DNA of 62,747 nt, the filler included, from Globobulimina sp. (lineage: Eukaryota), in NCBI GenBank assembly GCA_003354225.1. It is 33 parts of 33 records of this genome, joined end to end, with 100 filler letters (N's around TTAATTAATTAA, not from the genome) between each part and the next. Parts side by side here need not be neighbours in the genome. Positions count along the whole stretch, not along the records: positions 34,291 to 36,094 come from PIVH01011752.1; positions 36,195 to 37,998 come from PIVH01011753.1; positions 38,099 to 39,902 come from PIVH01011754.1; positions 40,003 to 41,806 come from PIVH01011755.1; positions 41,907 to 43,710 come from PIVH01011756.1; positions 43,811 to 45,614 come from PIVH01011757.1; 27 more parts are not named here. The stretch is one strand, 5' to 3'. The notes beneath the pieces are model-generated. The model had not been told where the DNA came from. It worked only from the letters and a program-made list of their open reading frames with translations, and did not search any database. Below are positions 34,291 to 45,714 of this stretch, piece after piece (position 1 is the first letter of the stretch; every line of letters begins with the position of its first letter). A program made the position numbers and the translations under genes.

Positions 34291-36094
34291 AGTAATAATC
34301 GACGAAGATATTATTTTATCGCGCAAATATTGCAAATATTTAACAATGGATAATGATGAAATCATAGACAAGAATGACAAAATTGATGCGTTGATATTGC
34401 AATTAAAATTACCGCATATATATACATTGCCCGATGACAAACAGTACGAAATTATCCAAAATAAATATTCTTGGATCGATGACGAAGATGGCGACATTGA
34501 CACGTTCCAATACGAAGAAATCCAAGAAGTGGTCTTAAATATGACCAGCATAGAAAGACGATATATGTATGACACCATCGCCAAATATGACGAAGATGAC
34601 TCAGCCTTAAAATCAAAGTACAAATTAGTTCCCGCACAGTTAAAGACAATGACGAGATATAGGAAAATGAAACAAAGCGACGCTGCCACTAAAAAATATG
34701 TGTGCACCGGTTGCGGTGTGTTGCTTCGCCACAATGCCTTTATCAAAAAAAAGAATAGAAATAAGTTCGACAAATATAACAAATCCTGGAGAGGCTACAT
34801 TTGCAAGCACACGAACCGAGAGTTCATATTTCATAATCGTTTATGTGTCAAATTCCGAAAAGCAAAGGAGTGGATTCGCGATGCTGTGCACAATTACAAC
34901 ATTGAAAATGGTGTGGTAAACTCGAGTAAAATGCAGATTGACTTCTTAAAAAACGAAGGCTTGGACGCAGAGTTCCAACCCAGTGTATTTTATACCACTT
35001 TTGACGAGACGCAGAAAAAAAGCGTGCCATATACGAGAAATATACGCAAATATTACCGGGAATGCGTGAATACGGACTTGCGCGGTTATGATATCGACGA
35101 AGGTGACCGCTTTGGCCACATTCCCATTGAAATTAAGTATTTAGACCAACGCGAGTTTGCCATCGCGATGTTTAAATACTTAGTGCGCGAGGTTCAGATC
35201 AAAGAATTTAATTTGTTTTGGGAATTTATCCAATTCTTCATCTCGTATATAAATACTCCGAAATTAATATCGCTATTAAAAGAATCCTCTGACATTTTGT
35301 TCCCGTTACACGACGACACGCATACCGGCGATATCGAAACCACCAACGAATTGATTACCTTTCTAACCATCGTTTGTGAAGGAGCTTTATATCCCATTGC
35401 GACCTGTTTGTACATCTCCGCCTATATCAAAGATAACGGCATCTTATATTGGAACGAAGACGAAACAGAAGCATTAAGTAAACATTTTAGAAGCATGGCG
35501 AATACCATTATCGACGAGATCGAATCGGAGCATTTGGTTGCGATCATATTAGAAACCCCCACCAATATATACGACGATAATGAGGACTCTTCGGCGGACC
35601 AGCAAGGACTGTCTGTGATTGACATCGCTATCAAATATAAAATGTTGCGTTTCTTACAAAATCATAAAATATCGCGGATTGCCACTACATTATGGTATCA
35701 GCGCAAGATTGTGCATCCGGAGAAGCGCTTTGGTGACGATATAACATATTGGGATCTGTTTCAAACTTTGCGCAAAACGCCCGCAGAGTTTTACTTTTCA
35801 CAATGCGGCTTAAATATAATTCGCTTTGGCTTATATGGGATATATTTGGTGCTGTTTTCTTATGTGACGTTAGCGCGGAGATACAATTACGAGCAGCCTG
35901 GAATCGCCAGATCCTCTGCTTCGTTGCTCTGGTTTTTCAATATCGCAGCAATATTGTATGAATTCTATCGCTGTTTCAGTTCCATCAATGTCTATTTCAA
36001 TAACTTGGCAAATGTCACTGAGTTTATCAAAGCTATTCTATGGATTGTTATGTTCTTTATGCGGTGGGTATATCCTGTAACATTACGGGAATGT
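34291..36094 (+). CDS. TRP-like ion channel, N-terminal cytosolic region and first TM helices, partial
   Basis: Pre-S1-like SVIDIAIKYKMLRFL...IATTLWY, then FYFSQ...IYLVLFSYV, LWFFNIAAILYE and YFNNLAN..EFI. Confidence 0.65.
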
Positions 36095-36194
36095 NNNNNN
36101 NNNNNNNNNNNNNNNNNNNNNNNNNNNNNNNNNNNNNNTTAATTAATTAANNNNNNNNNNNNNNNNNNNNNNNNNNNNNNNNNNNNNNNNNNNN

Positions 36195-36410
36195 AGTGAA
36201 AGATGATATGAATGCATCCGCATCGATGGTCATTTCAAATTTAAGCTCTTTACTTCCATAATCATCGGTATTTTCAAAATCAAATAAATATGATATTTTG
36301 GCATATCGCTCTACAATTTTAACATCAATTGCCTGATTGTTGAGTGTTATGGCAGAGTTGCTTGTATTTTTGTATTTTGTTGCATCGGTTCCAAACAACC
36401 TACCAAACAT
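36195..36410 (-). CDS. VIT (vault/inter-alpha-trypsin) domain protein, 5' fragment
   Basis: IDVKIVERYAKI...FEN...ELKFEMTI..DAFISSF. Confidence 0.75.
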
Positions 36411-36531
36411 TTACGTTGCTTATGTTTTGATTGTCGAGCCGTTTCTAATCCTAAATAGTAACAAAATAGTTGCACATTTCGTTTTTGGTCTGAAATAGCA
36501 ACTAAAAAGTTTTTAGTCATTCGACAACAGA

Positions 36532-36576
36532 GCCCCTCCACCCCGCCGATAAGTTGTATACATTTTGCTTATCGAT
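36532..36576. repeat. copy of the CGATAAGTTGTATACATTTT element end
   Basis: C-rich tract followed by a 20-bp match to 16664-16683. Confidence 0.65.
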
Positions 36577-36764
36577 AAAAAAAAATTATTGCATTTCAGT
36601 CAAGGTGATCAAGATCAAGATCGCACAATAAGCAAAGTTTCAGAAAACTTGTCAATAATTATACTGGTTTATCATATACAATAAGGCAAATCATAATTAG
36701 ATTTGTTTAATTATATCAAGTACAAACTGAAACTAAGCAATACAATCTATAAATATAAAGAATG

Positions 36765-37754
36765 TTAATATGGAATAGCACAACATTTTGTCTTTTTGTG
36801 TGCATTGTAACCGCTTTTCGAAGCAAAACCTTTGGCACATATTGAACATTTATATGGTCTCTCTCCAGCTGTGTATCAGAGATATAATGCAATCATATGT
36901 CAATATATTCAAACGTTATATATAACATATATGCTTAACTATGGATTCTTTGATGAACGATAAAGTTACATCTCGCACTGAATTGTTTGACACAAAACGG
37001 ACATTTGTATGGTCTCTCACCGGTATGGATACGTTCATGATCCACCAAACTATGTCTTTGTTGAAATGATTTATCGCATTGTTTACATTTGTATGGTTTC
37101 TCGCCAGCTATATAGGCATTTGCATAGACAAACATATATACATTTACATATACAAAATACAATTTTTAATGCACATAATTAATATAATTTTCATGCTAAA
37201 CTGTGTACTCGTTCATGCTGTTTCAGATTTGTTTTTCGTGCAAATCTCTTGGAACAAAATGAACAAATAAATGCCTCTGATGTATGTATTTTGGAATGTA
37301 TTTTCAAATTTATTTTATGTTGGAATGTTTTCTGACACTCAGTACAGGTAAATCCAGCATTGCTGTCAGCTGCAATTGGCTCAAAAGTCACCGATTTCGG
37401 CGATAAACTTTGAGGAGGATTAGGAGGTATTATTGGTGGTACATTTTCCGTTGTACTCGACCCGAAGGTGTCTAATAGAATCGTATGGGGTGGTAATAAA
37501 TAAATAATTGTGTTGACGTTTGGATGTATGATAGGCGCAACTGGCAATAAGATGTGCGTATTGAAATTCTGTATACGTATACGGCATATGTCAAAAAATT
37601 GAGGTTTGCGGTGAAATAGTATACGAAAAAATGAACATAAGCGTATTTTAACTTGAATATTTGGTAACAATATAGGAAGATTGGGAGGAATTGAATTGAT
37701 TGCGGCCATTGGCGCTAATCCTGTTTTGGAATGATCCAAATAAATACCAGACAT
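36765..37754 (-). CDS. Kruppel-type C2H2 zinc finger protein (about 5 fingers)
   Basis: CxxC...HxxxH fingers with HTGEKPY/HTGERPY linkers rebuilt by introns 37108-37201 and 36869-36939. 5' structure uncertain. Confidence 0.88.
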
Positions 37755-37854
37755 ACTTTGTTGTAGGAAAGATATCTTTAGGATTAGTGGGGAAGTTTTA
37801 AAATGTAGTTACTGTATTTACTGAAAACCTTACTGTATTTACTTCTGTGGGTCA

Positions 37855-37972
37855 GCAACATGTTGAACATGTTGTGAATTTTGTTCAACATGTAATCATT
37901 TTAAGAGTTTCTATTGTAACTTTAGAGATGCAACATGTTGAACATGTTAATCACTTTCTCCAACATGTTGGC
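37855..37972. repeat. clustered palindromic CAACATGTTG motifs
   Basis: GCAACATGTTGAACATGTT x2 plus further AACATGT copies. Confidence 0.7.
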
Positions 37973-38098
37973 ATTTTGATCAGACTGTTCAATTTGGTNN
38001 NNNNNNNNNNNNNNNNNNNNNNNNNNNNNNNNNNNNNNNNNNTTAATTAATTAANNNNNNNNNNNNNNNNNNNNNNNNNNNNNNNNNNNNNNNNNNNN

Positions 38099-38869
38099 GA
38101 TTATAATGAAATGATGAAAGCACAATTTAAAACATCTGGCAACTTAGCAAATGGATCTTTAATGCGGTGCATGCCACTCATTGTATATGGCTATAAACTA
38201 AATTATAAGCAATTATATGATATTATGCGTGAAGAGTCGTCGTTAACACATGCAAATATTCTCATATATATCGCGAACACTGTGTATGCAATTTCTGCAC
38301 AATATTTGTTACAAACACATGATGAGTCTGCGGAGGAAAAGAAGGAAAATAATAATAGAAATAAGCGGAATATTAATGCTTTTTTATTGGGTGAAAAATG
38401 GTTAAATGACTTAAATCGGCATAAAAATAATAAATATAGCAAGGAGGTGTTTGATTGGTTAATGGATTGTAAACAAAATGATATTTCAAAGTTGCAGCCA
38501 GCAACGGAATTTATTGGGTTTATAAAAATTGCGTTTCAAAGAGCTTTTTATCATTTATGGAATGGGACGGAGTTCGAAACAGCGATTAAATGTACAATAT
38601 CTGAGGGAGGTGATACGGACACAAATTGTTGTATTGTTGGTGGATTGCTTGGAGCCTATTGGGGTTTCAATAAAATACCAAATAAATTTGTTGAAAAAAT
38701 TATTCATTGTGTTCCTGCAAAACCAAATCGGGATAATCTGTTCCAAACAAAATTGTATAAAAATGGTAAATATATCGAGAAATTAATAAACAATGCACCC
38801 AATACTGTTGAAATAAAAATATATGAAATGGCTGAATCTGGTGATGATGATAATGATGAATCTGATTAA
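38099..38869 (+). CDS. ADP-ribosylglycohydrolase (ARH/DraG family), C-terminal part
   Basis: ANGSLMRCMP, SSLTH, GGDTDTNCCIVGGLLGA. Confidence 0.92.
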   Translation, partial: DYNEMMKAQFKTSGNLANGSLMRCMPLIVYGYKLNYKQLYDIMREESSLTHANILIYIANTVYAISAQYLLQTHDESAEEKKENNNRNKRNINAFLLGEKWLNDLNRHKNNKYSKEVFDWLMDCKQNDISKLQPATEFIGFIKIAFQRAFYHLWNGTEFETAIKCTISEGGDTDTNCCIVGGLLGAYWGFNKIPNKFVEKIIHCVPAKPNRDNLFQTKLYKNGKYIEKLINNAPNTVEIKIYEMAESGDDDNDESD

Positions 38870-38937
38870 TGACACTTGTTTTGTAAAATTCTTAATTCGA
38901 AAAATATTGCAGCCAAAGTCAGAAAACCTTTAAAATA

Positions 38938-39902
38938 ATGGCCGACAATCCAAGACCAAGTGAACACACGAAACATGCCCAATCATTAGCATACCTTTCT
39001 GAACAGGGCAAAGTGACAGGATTTGAGTTTGAAAACAAGGAACATATAAGTCAAAATCCATCCGATTTGCAGGAAATTGCAGAAGCCCAAGTGGTGACAT
39101 CAAATAAAGATAATTTTGTTGTTGGTGATGCAGCACCAATGCAATTACAATCTGGTCCACCAAAAACATATATTGACCAAAAATCCGATGCAAATAATGC
39201 ACAGAATCAACAACAACAACAAGCAAATACAGTGCCATTATCTAATTTTGCCTATGCTGCGGTACAAGAACAGCCGCCACAAATACAGCAAAACAACGTA
39301 GATTCGTTTGTACCATCCACCGATGATAAAGATAAACAAAATTATGAATCATTTTTTGCCGACGATAGTAATAAAGCAGCGGCACAACCTACAGATGATA
39401 ATGTTGATATATTTGGTGTAATTGATCAAAAACAGCCAAATCAACAAAACAGCGTTATATTTGGTGCTGATTCACAACAAAATTATGATGACAGTCGGCA
39501 GCAAAGTGAGGAGAAACAGGAACCGAAACAAACTTTTTTAAGGTATATACAAAGCACATTTTCAGTCCAAATCAGTTTCAAAATGCCTATATTTTTACTT
39601 TTTGCATATAAATTATGGCTATATTTTTATTGCGATTTTGCGTACGTTGAATAAACAGTGTATGGCAAGAACAACATCGAGAACAATTAGAGAAAAAAGC
39701 ATCGGAAGAACGAGAAACCCAAGAAAAATTAATCCAAACTGCCAAGGAAGAATTGGATAATTTTAATGAACAAAGAAGGCTCAGAATAGAACAGCAAAGA
39801 AAAGATGCACAATCTCGAGAGTCTGATTTAAGAGACGATTATAATGCGGTGTTTCAGCATGGTACCATATGGCAGCAAGTGGCAAAATTGGTTGATTTAA
39901 AA
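38938..39902 (+). CDS. CLC: clathrin light chain, 3'-partial
   Basis: Acidic disordered N-terminus. Intron 39543-39658 gives VWQEQHREQLEKK...AKEELDNFNEQR...WQQVAKLVD. Confidence 0.8.
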
Positions 39903-40045
39903 NNNNNNNNNNNNNNNNNNNNNNNNNNNNNNNNNNNNNNNNNNNNTTAATTAATTAANNNNNNNNNNNNNNNNNNNNNNNNNNNNNNNNNNNNNNNNNN
40001 NNTGTTGTATATAGTTTATTTGTCCAAATGTTTTATTTTATTATT

Positions 40046-41528
40046 TTAATGAGCTACAAGTAATGTTACATCTGTTGATGCAGGTTTCACATCAATAAAT
40101 GTTGTTGTATTCTGAGGCAAAATATCTTGCATTGCAATAAGTCGCGGAGCAAATATAATCTCGCCAGTTTCCTTTGGATCCAACATACATTGTCCATGAT
40201 TATTTTTACCAAATGCATACAAGTATTGACGATCCATGCTTACTAAAAATGTATGACATTCTCCACAACGGACATATCCAATATTACGCTCTACGGGCAA
40301 TATATAAGGTTCTCGTACTGGCTCCTTTGACTCATCCCCGTTTCCACATTGTCCCCTTTTCATTTGTATCAAGTTTATTTAAGCCTAAGTTATATATAAA
40401 ATTAACGTAAAATTAACACACCAATCATTTCTCCCCCATACATATAACGTTGATCGATCATACAAAGATTGACAACAAATATTTGAATGACCACAGTCAA
40501 AATCTCGAATCACAATTTTATTTTTTTTGAAATATTTAACTTGTATAGCCTTATATTGATATATTTTATAATTTTCATCAGCAACACCGGTACCCAATAA
40601 ACCGCGATCATTGCCGCCAAATACATACAATTTGTGTCTGTCATCCAAACAAAACGATGTTTCCGAACAACAGCCAATTTTGATAATATGTTTTTTTTTG
40701 ATTTCTCCGGTTTCAATCATTGTTAAATTATTTACAGAAACACCTTTACCTAAACCAAGTTGGCCGACTGCATTGTTTCCAGTACTCCACACTCTGCCAT
40801 TTGTCATTAAAAAAAGAGAATGGAAATGTCCGCATGCTATATCTTTCACTGTTTCTTTAAATGGCAAAATTCTGCCAAAATTATCTCGGATAACAATATT
40901 ATTCAATAATACAGCATTAATTACATCTTTATCATCTTTCTTGGTTCGAAAACCTATATACAAACAACAGAAACGGTTTCATTTAAATATCTGACCATTA
41001 AATTTTTGTATATTACACACCTCGTTCTCCAAATATATTTGGTCCGAATGAATACACTTTATTTGATTCGGTGACCATAAATATATGATCAGCAAAAACA
41101 CCATGACTCAAAAAACGAATGGTGTCTGCCGTTTTTTGTTCTGAATAATTTCGAATTGAAAGTGTTTCTGGTGATGTAATCCAATGTTGTTCCGTTTTTT
41201 TATCAATGTATGTTCTTTGTATCCCACCAAATTGACCATATGTACTGTCACCCATAAACGTGATTTTATTATCAAAACGTAAGACGAATATACAGTCATT
41301 ATTTGTGAATATTTTGCTAAAATTTGTGACATTTAATGTTGTTAAAGTTGGACGAAAATCGAAGATATCACCACCTAAACCCAGGCAATGCTGATCACCA
41401 ACACCATATAATACACAGTTCTTTGGATAGGGATTCGCCGTTAATTCGTATGCTTCGGCTGCATATTTGTAATCCTCTGCGTTGCTGATCAAAGGATGTT
41501 CGTCAATATCAGATGCACTGCACCCCAT
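40046..41528 (-). CDS. RCC1-repeat protein with MGC acylation motif
   Basis: IACGHFHSLFL..NGRVWSTGNN.VGQLG repeats. Introns 40954-41020 and 40356-40421 join three ORFs in frame. Confidence 0.9.
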
Positions 41529-41635
41529 GCTTTAAATATTTAAATTAAAAGTAAAACAGTTCGAGTTTTTTCTTAATTATCTTTCTTCTTTGCACCATCC
41601 TTTCAAGTTAAAGTTAAACCACCACTCATTATTCA

Positions 41636-41786
41636 ATGTCAGCAGAATCCCCAGAAGCAAAAAAAGAACGCAAAAGATTAAAAAAGCTCGCCAAAATTCA
41701 AAAAAAAGCAGACAAAGCTGAAAAAAAAAGAAAGCTCGAAGAAGCAAACAGCAATGAAGCGGATCAATCGCCACCAACAAAAAAAA
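41636..41786 (+). CDS. first exon of a Lys-rich, probably nuclear protein
   Basis: MSAESPEAKKERKRLKKLAK...SPPTKK followed by a GTATGT donor. Confidence 0.55.
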
Positions 41787-41927
41787 GTATGTTATAATTG
41801 TGATTCNNNNNNNNNNNNNNNNNNNNNNNNNNNNNNNNNNNNNNNNNNNNTTAATTAATTAANNNNNNNNNNNNNNNNNNNNNNNNNNNNNNNNNNNNNN
41901 NNNNNNAAAAATCAGCAAACATACTAA

Positions 41928-42135
41928 GGGAATGTTGGTAAATTACGTAGGTCCTACATTTGACCCTAGGTCCTAGGTCCTACATTGTTGCAATTTGTTA
42001 CAATGTGAAAAATCTTCTTCAACTCCTTTACAATCCTTTAAGAAAAAAAGTTTGAAGTTGTTACAATTTGTTGCAATTGCGATGGGACCTAGGACCTAGG
42101 GTCAAATTTTAATTACGTAATTTACCAACATTCCC
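41928..42135. mobile_element. MITE, PIF/Harbinger (Tourist)-like, 208 bp
   Basis: 22-bp perfect TIRs GGGAATGTTGGTAAATTACGTA / TACGTAATTTACCAACATTCCC, flanked by TAA on both sides; a second internal IR of 23 bp. Confidence 0.8.
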
Positions 42136-42326
42136 TAAACAGAACATCATGAACAACATACCAAGAGCTTTGCTGCTCTACTCATACCATACTCAAAGCG
42201 AACCAGGTTTTCTACTTGGTTACATATTCTTGTTATTTAGTATTCTTGATTGAGACGCTACAAAAAGATGTGAACTTCTTGTTGTAAACTTTTAATTTTT
42301 GTGAGTGATAAAAAGATTCGATCAAG

Positions 42327-43710
42327 TCAAGAAAGTGATTTATTATCATCACAAGTGTCCTCATCATACACATTTGCAAAATCAACTGCTTTTTGAATGG
42401 CATCCTTTGGATAACAGAATTGCCACAATTTCAGCAACAACCAATCCACCAAAACTAGCAAAATCATGAGTTTGCCTAACAATGGTCCGATATCATAATA
42501 TTTTTTCATTCTCTTTAAAATCGAAGTATCTTTTTTTCGTTGCAATGCTCTGTAATAAACATTTTCTGTTCGCGCCGCCACAGATTGCCACGAATATGCA
42601 TTACATAAAAAATTATACCATTCATATCTTGTGGCAATATCAACATTATATATCTTATTATTTATAACATGCATTAGTTTGTGGGCAATATCGCTTGCAT
42701 CCAACGAGCATAAATCGCACATATAAGCTGGTAACACTTCAGGTACTCCGCCCACATTTGTAGCAACAACAAATAATCCACAACTGGCTGCCTCCAAAAT
42801 AGCAATGCAAAATGACTCCGTCAATGAGCAATTTAAGAAGATATGACCGCGAATTAACACCTCCCTCACTGCAACGTGTTGCACTGCGCCTAATATCTCA
42901 ACTCTATCGCGCAAAAATTCATATTCATCCATCATTTTATGCAATAATACTTTGTTTGGCCCATCGCCACCAATTAGAAAGCGCACTTTTTTATATTTGC
43001 GGCAGATAATTGGTATTACTTTGATTGCCAAATGGATGCCTTTGCGGAATACCAAACGTGTGATCATCACAACATTGATAGTCTGGAAATATTTATTCTT
43101 GTGATACATATCCATTTGTTTTAATTCTGTGATGCTCGGCGGTCTAAACTTTGTCGTGTCCACCGCATTGGGAATGACATTCACTTTATTTGGATTTAAA
43201 CAGGCTCGCAATGTCACATTTTCTTTGCAAATATGCGAAACCGCAATAATTTCATCGCATTCTGTCAATGAACATTTTAAGCCTTTATTAATATGAATAT
43301 ACATTGTATCTGAAAAGGGGAAAAGAGAGTGATCCGTATAAATGGAATGCATTCCCATTCCAGCAATACTGATACAACTCGATATGCTCAGAAATGAAGA
43401 GGCCGCGTGGTAATGAACTAAATCAATCTCTTCGCGATACAAAATGTTACGAATTAAAGGCGTCCAAAACCATAAAATCGGCAATGAGTTTCCATCGAAT
43501 ATTGGTTGGATTGGGGTATAATATATTTTTAAACCATTGGCCATCCATCTTATTCCTTGACGGCTTCCTTTATTTTTATCGTAATAACTATTTGTAATTG
43601 CAATTATTTTATGTCCGCGGCGTATTAATTCTTGTGATAACGCCCATTGATGATTTTCGACTCCACCTTTCCGCGGATAACAAAAATCACCAAAAAATGC
43701 TATTTTTAAT
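42327..43710 (-). CDS. PIGA: PIG-A/GPI3 phosphatidylinositol N-acetylglucosaminyltransferase, 5'-partial
   Basis: DFCYPRKGGVENH, NGLKIYY, YTDHSLF, ENVTLRA, IPNAVD, RLVFRKG, SLTESFCIAILEAASCG, TNVGGVPEVLP. Confidence 0.97.
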
Positions 43711-43810
43711 NNNNNNNNNNNNNNNNNNNNNNNNNNNNNNNNNNNNNNNNNNNNTTAATTAATTAANNNNNNNNNNNNNNNNNNNNNNNNNNNNNNNNNN
43801 NNNNNNNNNN

Positions 43811-44418
43811 TAAATATGTTTTACCGCAAAATAGGAGATAATCACTATTTTTTTTCAATAAATGCAATTTCATATCGATCTCAATCTGTTTTGTATTTTC
43901 AATATCACTCTGATTTTTGTTTTTATTTTGCAGATTTATGCATTTTGAGTTTTTGAATGTGTTCAACGGAACGTACAAAACCCAAAGATGCTGATCATAG
44001 ACAAATAAAATATGCTTTTTATAGTCAAAAATGGTTTGAATATCTAATATATACCACGGCGAATAGGACTCTTCATACTTATTATATTTCTGTTGTTTAA
44101 CACGAATATTTGAATAAAACTCGCTGAATTCCAATATATTTCCTTTGTTTTTCTTTTTCAGTTTGTACAAAGTTGCATATTTCATACGTTTCTGTGGATG
44201 AGTTCCGATGGAAACTGTTGTAACGGAACAAACAGAAATATTCCACAATAAATTGCAGATCTCAGTGATGATAAAATTAATTGCATGTTCTGAATTATTT
44301 GTAAATTCTTTATCGATGCATAAAATTTACCCATATTTCCAGCTTTGCTGATTATCTCCGAATCATACGTAGCATCGATATGATTCGGATTTAATGAATA
44401 ACTGTTTTCATGTGACAT
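43811..44418 (-). CDS. hypothetical protein fragment, structure unresolved
   Basis: Two overlapping ORFs; I could not define a clean intron joining them. Confidence 0.3.
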
Positions 44419-44620
44419 TATATATGAATCTACAAAGCCACATTTTTATCATTATTTGTTATTTCAATTTAATTTATTTTGCGATTCTTTAATTTTAGCA
44501 GTTAATAAATCACAACGTTGTTTCTATAACAAAACAGCAAATTAAATCCGAAACGTTGCTTAGTTTTTTTCTGCTTTGTAATTAGTAGTTAGAAGTAAGT
44601 CAACCCTCATCGCAGCGTCC

Positions 44621-45614
44621 ATGAGTCAACAAGTAGAGAGTACAGCATGTGGTGAAGCTGATTCATTGTTTAATTTTAATAAATGGGTATTAGATAATGG
44701 ATTATCTGAAATCAAGCATCTTTTATTGAAACATGGCATGACTACAATCGATGCATTATCATTACAATCAACACAATGTGCACAATTTACAGCTGATCCT
44801 ACAGTCTTCACGAAATTCCCGCAATTTATATCGAAAGTTATTCTCGCTATGCAACAAATGCCTGCATTAAATACGCCGCATCCAAACAGTGATTATCTTA
44901 TTGTTTCTGAGGAGGAGCACAAAGTGATGGAAGATATTAAGCAAAATATAAAAATATTGGATAAAATAGAGATTGATATCGATTCATTAAACACAAAATA
45001 TCCACAAAGTGTTGTACGGATTGAAAATGAGACATTAACACAAATTGAACAGACTGAGAGCAAAATTAATAAATTATTCAATGAGATTCATAATGCATTG
45101 CAAATTAAGCAACAAATATTACTGAAATCATTGAAGAATATGAAACAACAAAGCGAAGAGAAAGAAAATGAGTTAGTATCAGAGTCATTAAATTGTTTAC
45201 AAACTGAAAGACAATGCTTATCGAATGAATTTGGAAAATGTCAGAAAATAATTAAATTATCAACAAATGAAGAAAGACAGAAACGGAAGAAAGAAATAAT
45301 GAGATTTGGACAAACAATGACTGAGAGATTTAATTATACACAAAATAAATTGCATCAATTTACAGAATCATTGCAAAATACAATCAATACAAATAATGAT
45401 TGTGTGATAAATATAGATTTTGATATCAATGCCAAAGCTCATGAAAGATTATTGAAACAAATTCAAAATATTGGGATGATTGTTAATGAAGAAAATGAAA
45501 TTCAATACGAAGAGGATGGAGATATTAAAGAGTATAAACAACAAATTGTTTTATTGCAACAGTCATTGTTTAAAATGAAAGAGAATTCGTTGCAATTAAA
45601 ACATTCAAAGCAAA
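44621..45614 (+). CDS. coiled-coil protein with SAM-like N-terminus, 3'-partial
   Basis: FNKWVLDNGLSEIKHLLLKHGM; long heptad region resembling B-box C-terminal coiled coils. Confidence 0.55.
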
Positions 45615-45714
45615 NNNNNNNNNNNNNNNNNNNNNNNNNNNNNNNNNNNNNNNNNNNNTTAATTAATTAANNNNNNNNNNNNNNNNNNNNNNNNNNNNNN
45701 NNNNNNNNNNNNNN

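Noticed and set aside
37855-37972. p53 response elements
   Set aside because: Cores do not fit RRRCWWGYYY well, and p53 is not expected in this kind of organism.
1-38869. NTase plus ADP-ribosylglycohydrolase as a toxin/antidote pair
   Set aside because: Unlinked contigs and different chemistry.
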